64,000 nucleotides of DNA from Octopus vulgaris (taxonomy: Eukaryota), in assembly GCA_951406725.2 (NCBI GenBank), contig OX597831.1, positions 20,212,001-20,276,000 of the forward strand, given 5' to 3'. A model generated the notes under the pieces. It was not told the origin of the DNA. It was given only the letters and a program-made list of their open reading frames with translations, and made no database searches. The position numbers and the translations under genes are program-made. Below are positions 41,422 to 58,315 of this stretch, one piece after another (position 1 is the stretch's first letter; each line of letters begins with the position of its first letter).

Positions 41422-43614
41422 TAGATTCTATTTATAGATTCTATTTATAGATACTATAATAGAAAAAATAAAAAATAAACTAAAAATAGGACAAATAATC
41501 TGTAAATAGAACAGCAACTAAAAATAGGAGAAATAAACTAAAATAGAACAGCAACTAAAAACTACTATTTATAGCTTCTATTTAATAGCTACTAATTATA
41601 GATTCTATTTATAGATTCTACTTTTAGTTTATTTGTCCTATTTTATTTGCAGTTCTATTTTTAGTTTATTTGTCCTATTTTTAGTTTATAGCTCCAATTT
41701 ATAGCTTCTATTTAATAGCTACTAATTATAGATTCTATTTATAGATTCTATTTTTAGTTTATTTGTCCTATTTTAGTTGCAGTTCTATTTTTTGTTTATT
41801 TGTCCTATTTTTAGTTTATAGCTCCTATTTATAGCTTCTATTTAATAGCTACTAATTATCGATTCTATTTATAGATTCTATTTATAGATTCTATATATAG
41901 ATTCTATTTATTTATATATTTATTTATTTATATATTCTATTTATAGATTCTATTTATGGATTCTATTTATAGATACTATTTATAGATTCTATTTATAGAT
42001 TCTATTTATAGATTCTATTTATAGATTCTATTTATAGATACTATTTATTTATTTTTTTATCTATCTATTTATTTATTCATAGCTTCTATTTATAGCTTCT
42101 ATTTTTAGCTTCTATTTAATAGCTACTAATTATAGATTCTATTTATAGATTCTATTTATAGAATCTTTTTTAGATTCTATATATAGATAATATTTATTTA
42201 TTTATTTATTTATTTATTCATAGCTTCTATTTATAGCTTCTATTTATAGCTTCTATTTAATACTTACTAATTATAGATTCTATTTATAGATTCTATTTAT
42301 AGATTCTATTTTAGATTCTATATATAGATAATATTTATTTATTTATTTATTTATTTATTTATAGCTTCTATTTATAGCTTCCATTTATAGATTCTATTCA
42401 TTTATTTATTTATTTCCATACTATTTATAGATTCTATTTATAGATTCTATTTATAGATTCTATTTATAGATTCTATTTATAGATTCTATTTTTAGATTCT
42501 ATTCATAGATACTATTTATTTATTTATTTATTTATTTATAGCTTCTATTTATAGCTTCTATTTATAGCTTCTATTTATAGCTTCTATTTGTAGCTTCTAT
42601 TTATAGCTTCTATTTAATAGCTACTTATTATAGATTCTATTTATAGATTCTATTTATAGATTCTATTTATTTATTTATTCATTCATTTATTTATTTATAG
42701 ATGCTATTTAAAGTTTCTATTTATAGATTCTATTTATAGATACTATTTATAGATTCTATTTATAGATTCTATTTATTTATATAGAATATAACTATTTTTA
42801 GTTGCTGTTCTATTTTTAGTTTATTTGTCCTATTTTTAGTTACTGTTCTATTTTTATTTTATTTGTTCTATTTTTAGTTTATTTGTCCTATTTTTAGTTG
42901 CTGTTCTATTTTTAGTTTATTTGTTCTATTTTTAGTTTATTGGTCCTATTTTTAGTTTATTTTTTCTATTTTCAGTTTACTTGTTCTATTTTTAGTTTAT
43001 TTGTCCTATTTTTTGTTGCTGTTCAATTTTTAGTTTATTTGTCCTATTTTCAGTTGCTGTTGTATTTTTAGTTTATTTGTTCTATTTTTAGTTTATTTGT
43101 CCTATTTTAGTTGCTGTTCTATTTTTAGTTTATTTGTCCTATTTTTAGTTTATATATTCTATTTTTAGTTTATTTGTCCTATTTTTAGTTTATTTGTTCA
43201 ATTTTTAGTTTATTTGTTCTATTTTTAGTTTATTTGTCCTATTTTTAGTTGCCGTTCTATTCTTAGTTTATTTGTTCTATTTTTAGTTTATTTGTTCTCT
43301 TTTTAGTTTATTTGTTCTATTTTTAGTTTATTTGTCCTATTTTAGTTGCATTTCTATTTTTAGTTTATTTGTCCTATTTTTAGTTTATAGCTCCTATTTA
43401 TAGCTTCTATTTAATAGCTACTAATTATCGATTCTATTTATAGATTCTATTTATAGATTCTATATAGAGATTCTATTTATTTATTTATTTATTTATTTAT
43501 ATATTCTATTTATAGCTTCTATATATAGCTTCTATTTAATAGCTACTAATTATAGATTCTATTTAAATATTCTATTTATAGATTCTATTTATAGATTCTA
43601 TTTATAGATTCTAT

Positions 43615-43649
<35 letters not shown>

Positions 43650-43702
43650 TAGATTCTATTTATAGATTCTATTTATTTATTTATTTAATTATTTATTTAT
43701 TT
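30199..43702 (+). repeat. Composite satellite: 13-mer TATAGATTCTATT (variant TATAGCTTCTATT), (TTTA)n runs and 18/20-mer blocks
   Basis: 20-mer TTTTAGTTTATTTGTYCTAT and 18-mer TTTTAGTTGCTGTTCTAT blocks at about 31090-32190, 32605-33615, 39175-40230, 40553-41083 and 42792-43390. Confidence 0.97.
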
Positions 43703-46700
43703 AAATAAATAAGTAGTATCTATAAATAGAATCTATAAATAGAATCTATAAATAAATAAATAAATAAATAAATAAATAGAATCTATAAATAGAATCTATA
43801 AAAAGAATCTATAAATAGAATCTATCAATAGAATCTATAAATAGAATCTATAAATAAAATAAATAAATAAATAAATATATTAGTATCTATAAATAGTATC
43901 TATAAATAGAATCTATAAATAGAATCTATAAATAGAATCTATAAATAGAATCTATGAATAAAATCTATAAATAGAATCTATAAATAGAAGCTATAAATAG
44001 AAGCTATAAATAGAAACTATAAATAGAAGCTATAAATAGAATCTATAAATAGAATCTATAAATAATATCTATAAAGAGAATATATAAATAGAATATATAA
44101 ATAAGTAAATAAATAAATAAATAATTAGAATCTATAAATAGAATCTACAAATAGAATCTATAAATAGAATCTATAAATAGAATCTATAAATAAATAAATA
44201 TATAAATAAATAAATAGTATCTATAAATAGAATCTATAAATAGAATCTATAAATAGAATCTATAAATAGAATCTATAAATAGAATCTATAAATAGAATCT
44301 ATAAATAAATAAATAAATAAATAGAATCTATAAATAGAATCTATAAATAGAATCTATAAATAGAATCTATAAATAGAAGCTATAAATAGAATCTATAAAT
44401 AGAATCTATAAATAGAATCTATAAATAGAATCTATAAATAGTAGCTATAAATAGAAGCTATAAATAGAAGCTATAAATAGAAGCTATAAATAGAAGCTAT
44501 AAATAGAAGCTATAAATAGGACCTATAAATATTGAACATATTTATATATATGCAAATTATGTATATATATGCAAATTATGTATATATATATGCAAATTAT
44601 GTATTTATTTTTGCAAATTATGTATATATATATGCAAATTATGTATATATATATGCAAATTATGTACATATAAATGCAAATTATGTACATATATATGCAA
44701 ATTATGTATATATATATGCAAATTATGTATATATATATGCAAATTATATATATATATGCAAATTATGTATATATATGCAAATTATGTATATATATGCAAA
44801 TTATGTATATATATTCCAATTATGTATATATATATGCCAATATATATATATATGCAAATTATGTATATATATATGCAAATTATGTATATATATAGATATG
44901 CCATTTATGTATATATATATGCAAATTGTGTATATATATATGCAAATTATGTATATATATATGCAAATTATGAATATATGCAAATTATGTATATATATAT
45001 GCAAATTATATATATATATGCAAATTACGTACACATATATGCAAATTATGTATATATATGCAAATTATGTATATATATATGCAAATTATGTATTTATTTT
45101 TGCAAATTATGTATATATATGCAAATTATGTATATATATATGCAAAGTATGTATATATATATATATATATGCAAATTATGTATATATATATGCAAATTAT
45201 GTATATATATATGAAATTATGTATATATATGCAAATTATGTATATATATGCAAATTATGTATATATATATATGCAAATTATGTATATATATATATATATA
45301 TATACAAAATATGTATATATATATGCAAATTATGTATATATATGCAAATTATGTATATATATATGCAAATTATGTATATATATATGCAAATTATGTATAT
45401 ATATATGCAAATTATATATATATATATGCAAATTATGTATATATATGCAAATTATGTATATATATGCAAATTATGTATATATATGCAAATTATGTATATA
45501 TATATGCAAATTATGTATATATATATATGCAAATTATGTATATATATGCAAATTATGTATATATATGCAAATTATGTTTATATATATGCAAATTATGTAT
45601 ATATATATGCAAATTATGTATATATATATATATAATTATATATAGTAAATTATGTATATATATATGCAAATTATGTATATATATATGCAAATTATGTATA
45701 TATATGCAAATTATGTATATATATGCAAATTATGTATATATATATATGCAAATTATGTACATAAAGATGCAAATTATGTATATATATATGCAAATTATGT
45801 ACATATATATGCAAATTATGTATATATATGCAAATTATGTATATATATGCAAATTATGTATATATATGCAAATTATGTATATATATATGCAAATTATGTA
45901 TATATAGATATATGCAAATTATGTATATATATGCAAATTATGTATATATATATGCAAATTATGTATATATATATGCAAATTATGTATATATATATGTAAT
46001 TATGTATATATATACTCAAATTATGTATATATATATATGTGAAAATTATGTATATATATATATGCAAATTATATATACATATATATGCAAATTATGTATT
46101 TATATATCCAAATTATGTATATATATATGCAAATTATGTATATATATATGCAAATCATGTATATATATATGCAAATTTGTATATATATATGCACATTATG
46201 TATATATATATGTAAAATATGTATATATATATATGCAAATTATGTATATATATATACGCAAATTATGTATATATATATGCAAATTATGTATATATATATG
46301 CAAATTATGTATATATATATGCAAATTATGTATATATATATGCAAATTATGTATATATATATGCAAATTATATAAATAGAATCTATCAATAGAATCTATA
46401 AATAGAATCTATAAATAAAATAAATAAATAAATAAATATATTAGTATCTATAAATAGAATCTATAAATAGAATCTATAAATAGAATCTATAAATAGAATC
46501 TATAAATAGAATCTATAAATAGAATCTATAAATAGTATCTATAAAGAGAATATATAAATAGAATCTATAAATAAGTAAATAAATAAATAAATAATTAGAA
46601 TCTATAAATAGAATCTATAAATAGAATCTATAAATAGAATCTATAAATAAATAAATATATAAATAAATATATAATATCTACAAATAGAATCTATAAATAG

Positions 46701-48069
46701 AATCTATAAATAGAATCTATAAATAGAATCTATAAATAAAATCTATACATAGAATCTATAAATAGTTTCTATCAATAGAATCTATAAATAGAATCTATAA
46801 ATAAAGAAATAAATAAATATATAGAATCTATAAATAGAATCTATAAATAGAATCTATAAATAGAATCTATAAATAGAATCTATAAATAGAATCTATAAAT
46901 AGTAGCTATAAATAGAAGCTATAAATAGAAGCTATAAATAGAAGCTATAAATAGAAGCTATAAATAGAAGCTATAAATAGAAGCTATAAATATTGAACAT
47001 ATTTATATATATGCAAATTATGTATATATATGAAATTATGTATATATATATGCAAATTATGTATTTATTTTTGCAAATTATGTATATATATATGCAAATT
47101 ATGTATATATATATGCAAATTATGTACATATAAATGCAAATTATGTACATATATATGCAAATTATGTATATATATATGCAAATTATGTATATATATATGC
47201 AAATTATATATATATATGCAAATTATGTATATATATGCAAATTATGTATATATATGGAAATTATGTATATATATGCCAATTATGTATATATGTATGCCAA
47301 TATATATATATATATGCAAATTATGTATATATATATGCAAATTATGTATATATAGATATGCAAATTATGTATATATATATGCAAATTATGTATATATATA
47401 TGCAAATTATGTATATATATATGCAAATTATGTATATATGCAAATTATGTATATATATATGCAAATTATATATATATATGCAAATTACGCTTACATATAT
47501 GCAAATTATGTATATATATGCAAATTATGTATATATATGCAAATTATGTATTTATTTTTGCAAATTATGTATATATATATGCAAATTATGTATATATATA
47601 TATGCAAATTATGTATATATATATATATATGCAAATTATGTATATATATATGCAAATTATGTATATATATATGCAAATTATGTATATATATGCAAATTAT
47701 GTATATATATGCCAATTATGTATATATATATATGCAAATTATGTATATATATATATATATGCAAATTATGTATATATATATGAAAATTATGTATATATAT
47801 GCAAATTATGTATATATATATGCAAATTATGTATATATATATGCAAATTATGTATATATATATGCAAATTATATATATATATATGCAAATTATGTATATA
47901 TATACCAATTATGTATATATATGCAAATTATGTATATATATGCAAATTATGTATATATATATACAAATTATGTATATATATATGCAAATTATGTATATAT
48001 ATGCAAATTATGTATATATATGCCAATTATGTTTATATATATGCAAATTATGTATATATATATGCAAAT

Positions 48070-48100
<31 letters not shown>

Positions 48101-51100
48101 GCAAATTATGTATATATATATGCAAATTATGTATATATATATATGCAAATTATGTATATATATGCAAATTATGTATATATATGCAAATTATGTATATATA
48201 TATGCAAATTATATATATATATATGCAAATTATGTATATATATGCAAATTATGTATATATATATGCAAATTATGTATATATATGCAAATTATGTATATAT
48301 ATATGCAAATTATGTATATATATATGCAAATTATGTATATATATATGCAAATTATGTATATATATATATATGCAAATTATGTATATATATGCAAATTATG
48401 TATATATATATGCAAATTATGTATATATATATGCAAATTATGTATATATATATGCAAATTATGTATATATATATGCAAATTATGTATATATATATATGCA
48501 AATTATGTATATATATATATGCAAATTATGTATATATATATATATGCAAATTATGTATATATATATGCAAATTATGTATATATATATGCAAATTATGTAT
48601 ATATATATGCAAATTATGTATATATATATGCAAATTATGTATATATATATGCAAATTATGTATATATATATGCAAAATATGTAAATTATGTATATATATA
48701 TGCAAATTATGTATATATATATGCAAATTATGTATATATATATGCAAATTACGTATATATATATGCAATTTATGTATATATGTATGCAAATTATGTATAT
48801 ATATATGAAATTATGTATAGATATATGCAAATTATGTATACATATATAAATAAATAAATAAATAGAATCTATAAATAGAATCTATAAATAGAATCTATAA
48901 ATAGAATCTATAAATAAATAAATAAATAAATAAATAAATAGAATCTATAAATAGAATCTATAAATAGAATCTATAAATAGAATCTATAAATAGAATCTAT
49001 AAATAGAATCTATAAATAGAATCTATAAATAAATAAATAAATAAATAAATAAATACATAAATAGAATCTATATATAGAATCTATAAATAGAATCTATAAA
49101 TAGAATCTAAAAATAGAATCTATAAATAGAATCTATAAATAGTAGCTATAAATAGAAGCTATAAATAGAAGCTATAAATAGAAGCTATAAATAGAATCTA
49201 TAAATAGAAGCTATAAATAGAAGCTATAAATAGAATCTATAAATAGAAGCTATAAATATTGAACATATGTATATATATGCAAATTATGTATATATATATG
49301 CAAATTATGTATATATATATGCAAATTATATATATATATGCAAATTATGTATATATATGCAAATTATGTATATATATTCAAATTATGTATATATATGCAA
49401 ATTATGTATATATATATGTAAATTATGTATATATATATATGCAAATTATGAATATATATGCAAATTATGTATATATATATATGCAAATTTTGTATATATG
49501 CAAATTATGTATATATATATGCAAATTATGTATATATATATATGCAAATTATGTATATATATATGCAAATTATGTATATATATATGCAAATTATGTATAT
49601 ATATATATGCAAATTATGTATATATATATGCAAATTATGTATATATATATGCAAATTATGTATATATTTTCAAATTATGTATATATATATGCAAATTATG
49701 TATATATATATGCAAATTATGTATATATATATATGCAAATTATGTATATATATATATGTAAATTATGTATATATATATGCAAATTATGTATATATATGCA
49801 AATTATGTATATATATATGCAAATTATGTATATATATATATGCAAATTATGTATATATATATGCAAATTATGTATATATATATGCAAATTATGTATATAT
49901 ATGCAAATTATGTATATATATATGCAAATTATGTATATATATATATGTAACTTATGTATATATATATGCAAATTATGTATATATATATGCAAATTATGTA
50001 TATATATGCAAATTATGTATATATATGCAAATTATGTATATATATGCAAATTATGTATATATATATGCAAATTATGTATATATATATATGCAAATTATGT
50101 ATTTATATATGCAAATTATGTATATATATATGTAAATTATGTATATATATATGCAATTATGTATATATATATATAAAATTTTCTATATATATATGCAAAT
50201 TATGTATATATATATATATATGCAAATTATGTATATATATATACAAATTATGTATATATATATCCAAATTATGTATATATATATGCAAATTATGTATATA
50301 AATATATGAAAATTATGTATATATATATGCAAATTATGTATATATATGCAAATTATATATATATATGCAAATTATGTATATATATATGCAAATTATGTAT
50401 ATATATATGCAAATTATGTATATATATATGCAAATTATGTATATATATATATATGCAAATTATGTATATATATATGCAAATTATGTATATATATATACAA
50501 ATTATGTATATATATATGCAAATTATGTATATATGCAAATTATGTATATATATATGCAAATTATGTATATATATGCAAATTATGAATATATATATGCAAA
50601 TTATGTATATATATATGCAAATTATGTATATATATATATATGCAAATTATGTATATATATATGCAAATTATGTATATATATATGCAAATTATGTATATAT
50701 ATATATATATATGCAAATTATGTATATATATATGCAAATTATGTATATATATATGCAAATTATGTATATATATGCAAATTATGTATATACATATGCACAT
50801 TATGTATATATATATATATGCAAATTATGTATATATATATATATGCAAATTATGTATATATATATGCAAATTATGTATATATATGCAAATTATGTATATA
50901 TATATATGCAAATTATGTATATATATATGCAAATTATGTATATATATATGCAAATTATGTATATATATATGCAAATTATGTATATATATATGCAAATTAT
51001 GTATATATATATGCAAATTATGTATATATATGCAAATTATGTATATATATATGCAAATTATGTATATATATATGCAAATTATGTATATATATATACAAAT

Positions 51101-52113
51101 TATGTATATATATGCAAATTATGTATATATATATGCAAATTATGTATATATATATGCAAATTATGTATATATATATGCAAATTATGTATATATATGCAAA
51201 TTATGTATATATATATATGCAAATTATGTATATATATATATGCAAATTATGTATATATATATGCAAATTATGTACATATATATGCAAATTATGTATATAT
51301 ATATGCAAATTATGTATATATATATGCAATTATGTATATATATATGCAAATTATGTATATATATATGCAAATTATGTATATATATATGCAAATTATGTAT
51401 ATATATATATATAATTATGTATATATATATATGCAAATTATGTATATATATATGCAAATTATGTATATATATATACAAATTATGTATATATATATATGCA
51501 AATTAATGTATATATATATGCAAATTATGTATATATATATGCAAATTATGTATATATATATATATAAATTATGTATATATATGCAAATTATGTATATATA
51601 TATGCAAATTATGTATATATATATGCAAATTATGTATATATATATGCAAATTATGTTTATATATATGCAAATTATGTATATATATATGCAAATTATGTAT
51701 ATATAGATATGCAAATTATGTATACATATATGCAAATTATGTATATATATATATGCAAATTATGTATATATATATGCAAATTATGTATATATATATACAA
51801 ATTATGTATATATATATGCAAATTATGTATATATATATATGCAAATTATGTATATATAGATGCAAATTATGTATATATATATGCAAATTATGTATATATA
51901 TATGCAAATTATGTATATATAGATATGCAAATTATGCATATATATATGGGTCAAACCAGTTCACACCGGTTCAAACTGGTTCAAACCGTTTCAAACTGGT
52001 TCAAATCTATAAATAGTATCTATAAATAGAATCTATAAATAGAATATATAAGTAGAATCTATAACTAGTATCTATAAATAGACTCTATAAATAGAATCTA
52101 TAAATAGAATCTA

Positions 52114-52148
<35 letters not shown>

Positions 52149-52724
52149 ATAGAATCTATAAATAGAATCTATAAATACAATCTAAAAATAGAATCTATTA
52201 ATAGAATCTATAAATAGAATCTTTAAATAGAATCTATTAATAAATAAATAAATAAAGAGTATATATAAATAGAATCTATAAGTAGAATCTATAAATAGAA
52301 TCTATAAATAGAATCTATAAAAAGTATCTATAAATATAATCTATAAATTGAAACCATAAATATATAAATAAATAAATAAATAAATAAATAAATAGAATCC
52401 ATAACTAGATACTATAAATAGAATCTATAAATAGAATCTATCAATAGAATCTATAAATAGAATCTATAAATAGAATAAATAAATAAATAATTATGTATAT
52501 ATATATGCAAATTATGTATGTATGCAAATTATGTATATACATATGCAAATTATGTATATATAGATATGCAAATTATGCATATATATACAGTTCAAACCAG
52601 TTCAAACTGGTTCAAATCTATAAATAGTATCTATAAATAGGATCTATAAATAGAATCTATAAGAAGAAATTATAAATAGTATCTATAAATAGAATCTATA
52701 AATAGAATCTATAAATAGAATCTA

Positions 52725-52759
<35 letters not shown>

Positions 52760-54765
52760 ATAGAATTTCATAACTAGATACTATAAATAGAATCTATAAA
52801 TAGAATCTATCAATAGAATCTATAAATAGAATCTATAAATAGAATAAATAATTAAATAATTATGTATATATATATGCAAATTATGTATATATGCAAATAT
52901 ATATATATATGCAAATTATGTATATATAGATATATGCAATAATATATATATGGGTCAAACCAGTTCAAACTGGTTCAAATATAAATAGTATCTATAAATA
53001 GAATCTATAAATAAAATCTATAAATCTATAAATAGTATCTATAAATAGAATCTATAAATAGAATATAAATAGAATCTATAGAATAAATAAATAAATAAAT
53101 GAATAAATAAATAGTATCTATAAATAGAATCTATAAATACAATCTATAAATAGAATCTAGAAATAGAATGCTATAAATAGAATCTATAAATAGAATCTAT
53201 AAATAGAATCTATAAATAGTATCTATAAATATAATCTATAAATAGAATCTATAAATAAATAAATAAATAAATAGAATCTATAACTAGATACTATAAATAG
53301 AATCTATAAATAGAATCTATCAATAGAATCTATAAATAGAATCTATAAATAGAATAAATAAATAAATAAATAAATAAATAAATAGTATCTATAAATAGAA
53401 TCTATAAATAGAATCTATAAATAGTATCTATAAATATAATCTATAAATAGAAATTATCTATATATATATGCAAATTATGTATATATATGCAAATTATGTA
53501 TATATATGCAAATTATGTATATATATATGCAAATTATGTATATATATATGCAAATTATGTATATATATATGCAAATTATGTATATATATATGCAAATTAT
53601 GTATTTATTTTTGCAAATTATGTATATATATATGCAAATTATGTATATATATATGCAAATTATGTATATATATATATCCAAATTATGTATATATATATGC
53701 AAATTATGTATATATATATGCAAATTATGTATATATATGCAAATTATGTATATATATATATGCAAATTATGTATATATATATATATATGCAAATTATGTA
53801 TATATATATATGCAAATTATGTATATATATATGCAAATTATGTATATATATATGCAAATTATGTATATATATATGCAAATTATGTATATATATATGCAAA
53901 TTATGCATATATATATATGCAAATTATGTATATATATGCAAATTATGTATATATATATGCAAATTATGTATATATATATATGCAAATTATATACATATAT
54001 ATATGCAAATTATGTATATATATATGCAAATTATGTATATACATATGCAAACTATGTATATATATATGGAAATTATGTATATATATATGCAAATTATGTA
54101 TATATATATACAAATTATGTATATATATATATATATATATGTAATTATATATAGCAAATTATGTATATATATATGCAAATTATGTATTTATATATGCAAA
54201 TTATGTATATATATATGCAAATTATGCATATATATATTTGCAAATTATGTATATATATATATGCAAATTATGTATATATGTATGCAAATTATGTATATAT
54301 ATATGCAAATTATGTATATATATATGCAAATTATGTATATATATATGCAAATTATGTATATATAGATAGGCAAATTATGCATATATTTACGGGTCAAACC
54401 AGTTCAAACCGGTTCAAACTGTTTCAAACCGGTTCAAACTGGTTCAAATCTATTAATAGTATCTATAAATAGAATCTATAAATAGAATCTATATGTAGAA
54501 TCTATAAATAGTATCTATAAATAGAATCTATAAATAGAATCTATAAATAGAATCTTTAAATAGAATCTTTTAATAAATAAAGAAATAAATAGTATCTATA
54601 TATAGAATCTATAAATAGAATCTATAAATATAATCTATAAATAGAATCTATAAATAAATAAATAAATAAATATATAAATAAATAGAATCCATAACTAGAT
54701 ACTATAAATAGATTCTATAAATAGAATCTATCAATAGAATCTATAAATAGAATCTATAAATAGAA

Positions 54766-54796
<31 letters not shown>

Positions 54797-57700
54797 ATAG
54801 AATCTATAAATAGATTCTATAAAAAAAAAATAAATAAATAAATAAAAAGAATCTATAAATAGAATCTATAAATAGAATCTATAAATAGAATCTATAAATA
54901 AAATCTATAAATAGAATCTATAAATAGAATCTATAAATAGAATTTATAAAAGAATCTATAAATAAATAAATAAATAAATTAAAAAAAAATAAATAAATAG
55001 AATCTATAAATAGAATCTATAAATAGAATCTATAAATAGTAGCTATAAATAGAAGCTATAAATAGAAGCTATATATAGAAGCTATAGATAGAAGCTATAA
55101 ATAGAAGCTATAAATATTGAACATATGTATATATATGCAAATTTGTATATATATATGCAAATTATGTATATATATATGCAAATTATGTATATATATATGC
55201 AAAATATATATATATATGCAAATTATGTATATAGATGCAAATTATGTATATATATATATGCAAATTATGTATATATAAATATGCAAATTATGTATATATA
55301 TATGCAAATTATGTATATATGCAAATTATGTATATATATATGCAAATTATGTATATATATATATGCAAATTATGTATATATATATGCAAATTATGTATAT
55401 ATATATATACAAAGTATGTATATATATATACAAATTATGTATATATATATAAATTATATATATATATACAAATTATGTATATATATATGCAAATTATATA
55501 TATATATATGCAAATTATGTATATATATATGCAAATTATGTATATATATGCAAATTATGTATATATATATGCAAATTATGTATATATATATATGCAAATT
55601 ATGTTTATATATATGCAAATTATGTATATATATATGCAAATTATGTATATATATATATATAATTATATATAGCAAATTATGTATATATATATGCAAATTA
55701 TGTATATATATATGCAAATTATGTATATATATGCAAATTATGTATATATATATGCAAATTATGTATATATATATGTGCAAATTATGTATATATATATGCA
55801 AATTATGTACATATATATATGCAAATTATGTATGCAAACTATATATATATGGATGCAAATTATGATATATGTGCACATTATGTATATATATATGGAAATT
55901 ATGTATATATATATGCAAATTATGTATATATATATGCAAATTATATATATATATATATGAAAATTATGTATATATATATGCAAATTATATATATATATAT
56001 AAATTATGTATATATATATACAAATTATGTATTTATATGCAAATTATGTATATATATATATGCAAATTATGTATATATATATGCAAATTATGTATATATA
56101 TATACATAATTATGTATATATATATGCAAATTATGTATATATATATATACAAATTATGTATATATATATGCAAATTATGTATATATATGCAAATTATGTA
56201 TATATATATGCAAATTATGTATATATGCAAATTATGTATATATATATGTAAATTATGTATATATATATGCAAATTATGTATATATATATGCAAATTATGT
56301 ATATATATGCAAATTATGTATATATATATGCAAATTATGTATATATATATGCAAATTATGTATATATATATGCAAATTATGTATTTATTTTTGCAAATTA
56401 TGTATATATATATATGCAAATCATCTATATATATATGCAAATTATGTATATATATATATGCAAATTATGTATATATATATGCTAATTATGTATATATATA
56501 TGCAAATTATGTATATATATATGAAAATTATGTATAGATATATGCAAATTATGTATATATAAAATTATGTATATATATATGCAAATTATGTATATATATA
56601 TGCAAATTATGTATATATATATGCAAATTATGTATATATATATGCAAATTATGTATATATATATGCAAATTATGTATATATATATGCAAATTATGTATAT
56701 ATATGCAAATTATGTATATATATGCAAATTATGTATATATTTATGCAAATTATGTATATATATATGCAAATTATGTATATATATATATGCAAATTATGTA
56801 TTTATATATGCAAATTATGTATATATATATGCAAATTACGTATATATATATGCAAATTATGTATATATATATGCAAATTATGTATATATATATGCAAATT
56901 ATGTATATATATGCCAATTATGTATATATATATATGCAAATTATGTATATATATATATATATATGCAAATTATGTATATATATATGCAAATTATGTATAT
57001 ATATGCAAATTATGTATATATATATTCAAATTATGTATATATATATGCAAATTATGTATATATATATGCAAATTATGTATATATATATATGCAAATTATG
57101 TATATATATATGCAAATTATGTATATATATGCAAATTATGTATATATATAGAAGCTATTTATAGATATATACATAATTATGTATATATATATGCAAATAT
57201 ATTTATATATATGCAAATTATGTATATATATGCAAATTATGTATATATATATATGCAAATTATGTATATATATATTGCAAATTATGTATATATATATATA
57301 ATTATGTATATATATATGCAAATTATGTATATATATATGCAAATTATGTATATATATATAGCAAATTATGTATATATATACAAATTATGTATATATATAC
57401 AAATTATGTATATATATATGCAAATTATATATATATATACAAATTATGTACATATATATGCAAATTATGTATATATATATGCAAATTATGTATATATATG
57501 CAAATTATGTATATATATGCAAATTATGTATATATATATGCAAATTATGTATATATATATGCAAATTATGTATATATATATATATGCAAATTATGTATAT
57601 ATATGCAAATTATGTATATATATATGCAAATTATGTATATATATATGCAAATTATGTATATATATATACAAATTATGTATATATATATGCAAATTATGCT

Positions 57701-58284
57701 ATATATATATGCAAATTATGTATATATATATACAAATTATGTATATATATATATATGCAAATTATGTATATATATATGCAAATTATGTATATATATATGC
57801 AAATTATGTATATATATATACATTATGTATATATATATATATGCAAAATTATGTATATATATATGCAAATTATGTATATATATATATGCAAATTATGTAT
57901 ATATATATATGCAAATTATGTATTTATATATTCAAATTATGTATATATATATGCAAATTATGTATATATATATGCAAATTATGTATATATATATGCAAAT
58001 TATGTATATATATATGCAAATTATGTATATATATATGCAAATTATGTATATATATATGCAAATTATGTATATATATATGCAAATTATGTATATATATATG
58101 CAAATTATGCATATATATATGCAAATTATGTATATATATACATAATTATCATATATATGCAAATTATGTATATATATATATATAGTATGCTATAAATATG
58201 TATATATATATGAAAATTATGTATATATATAAATTATGTATATATATATAATACAAATTATGTATATATATATGCAAATTATGT

Positions 58285-58315
<31 letters not shown>

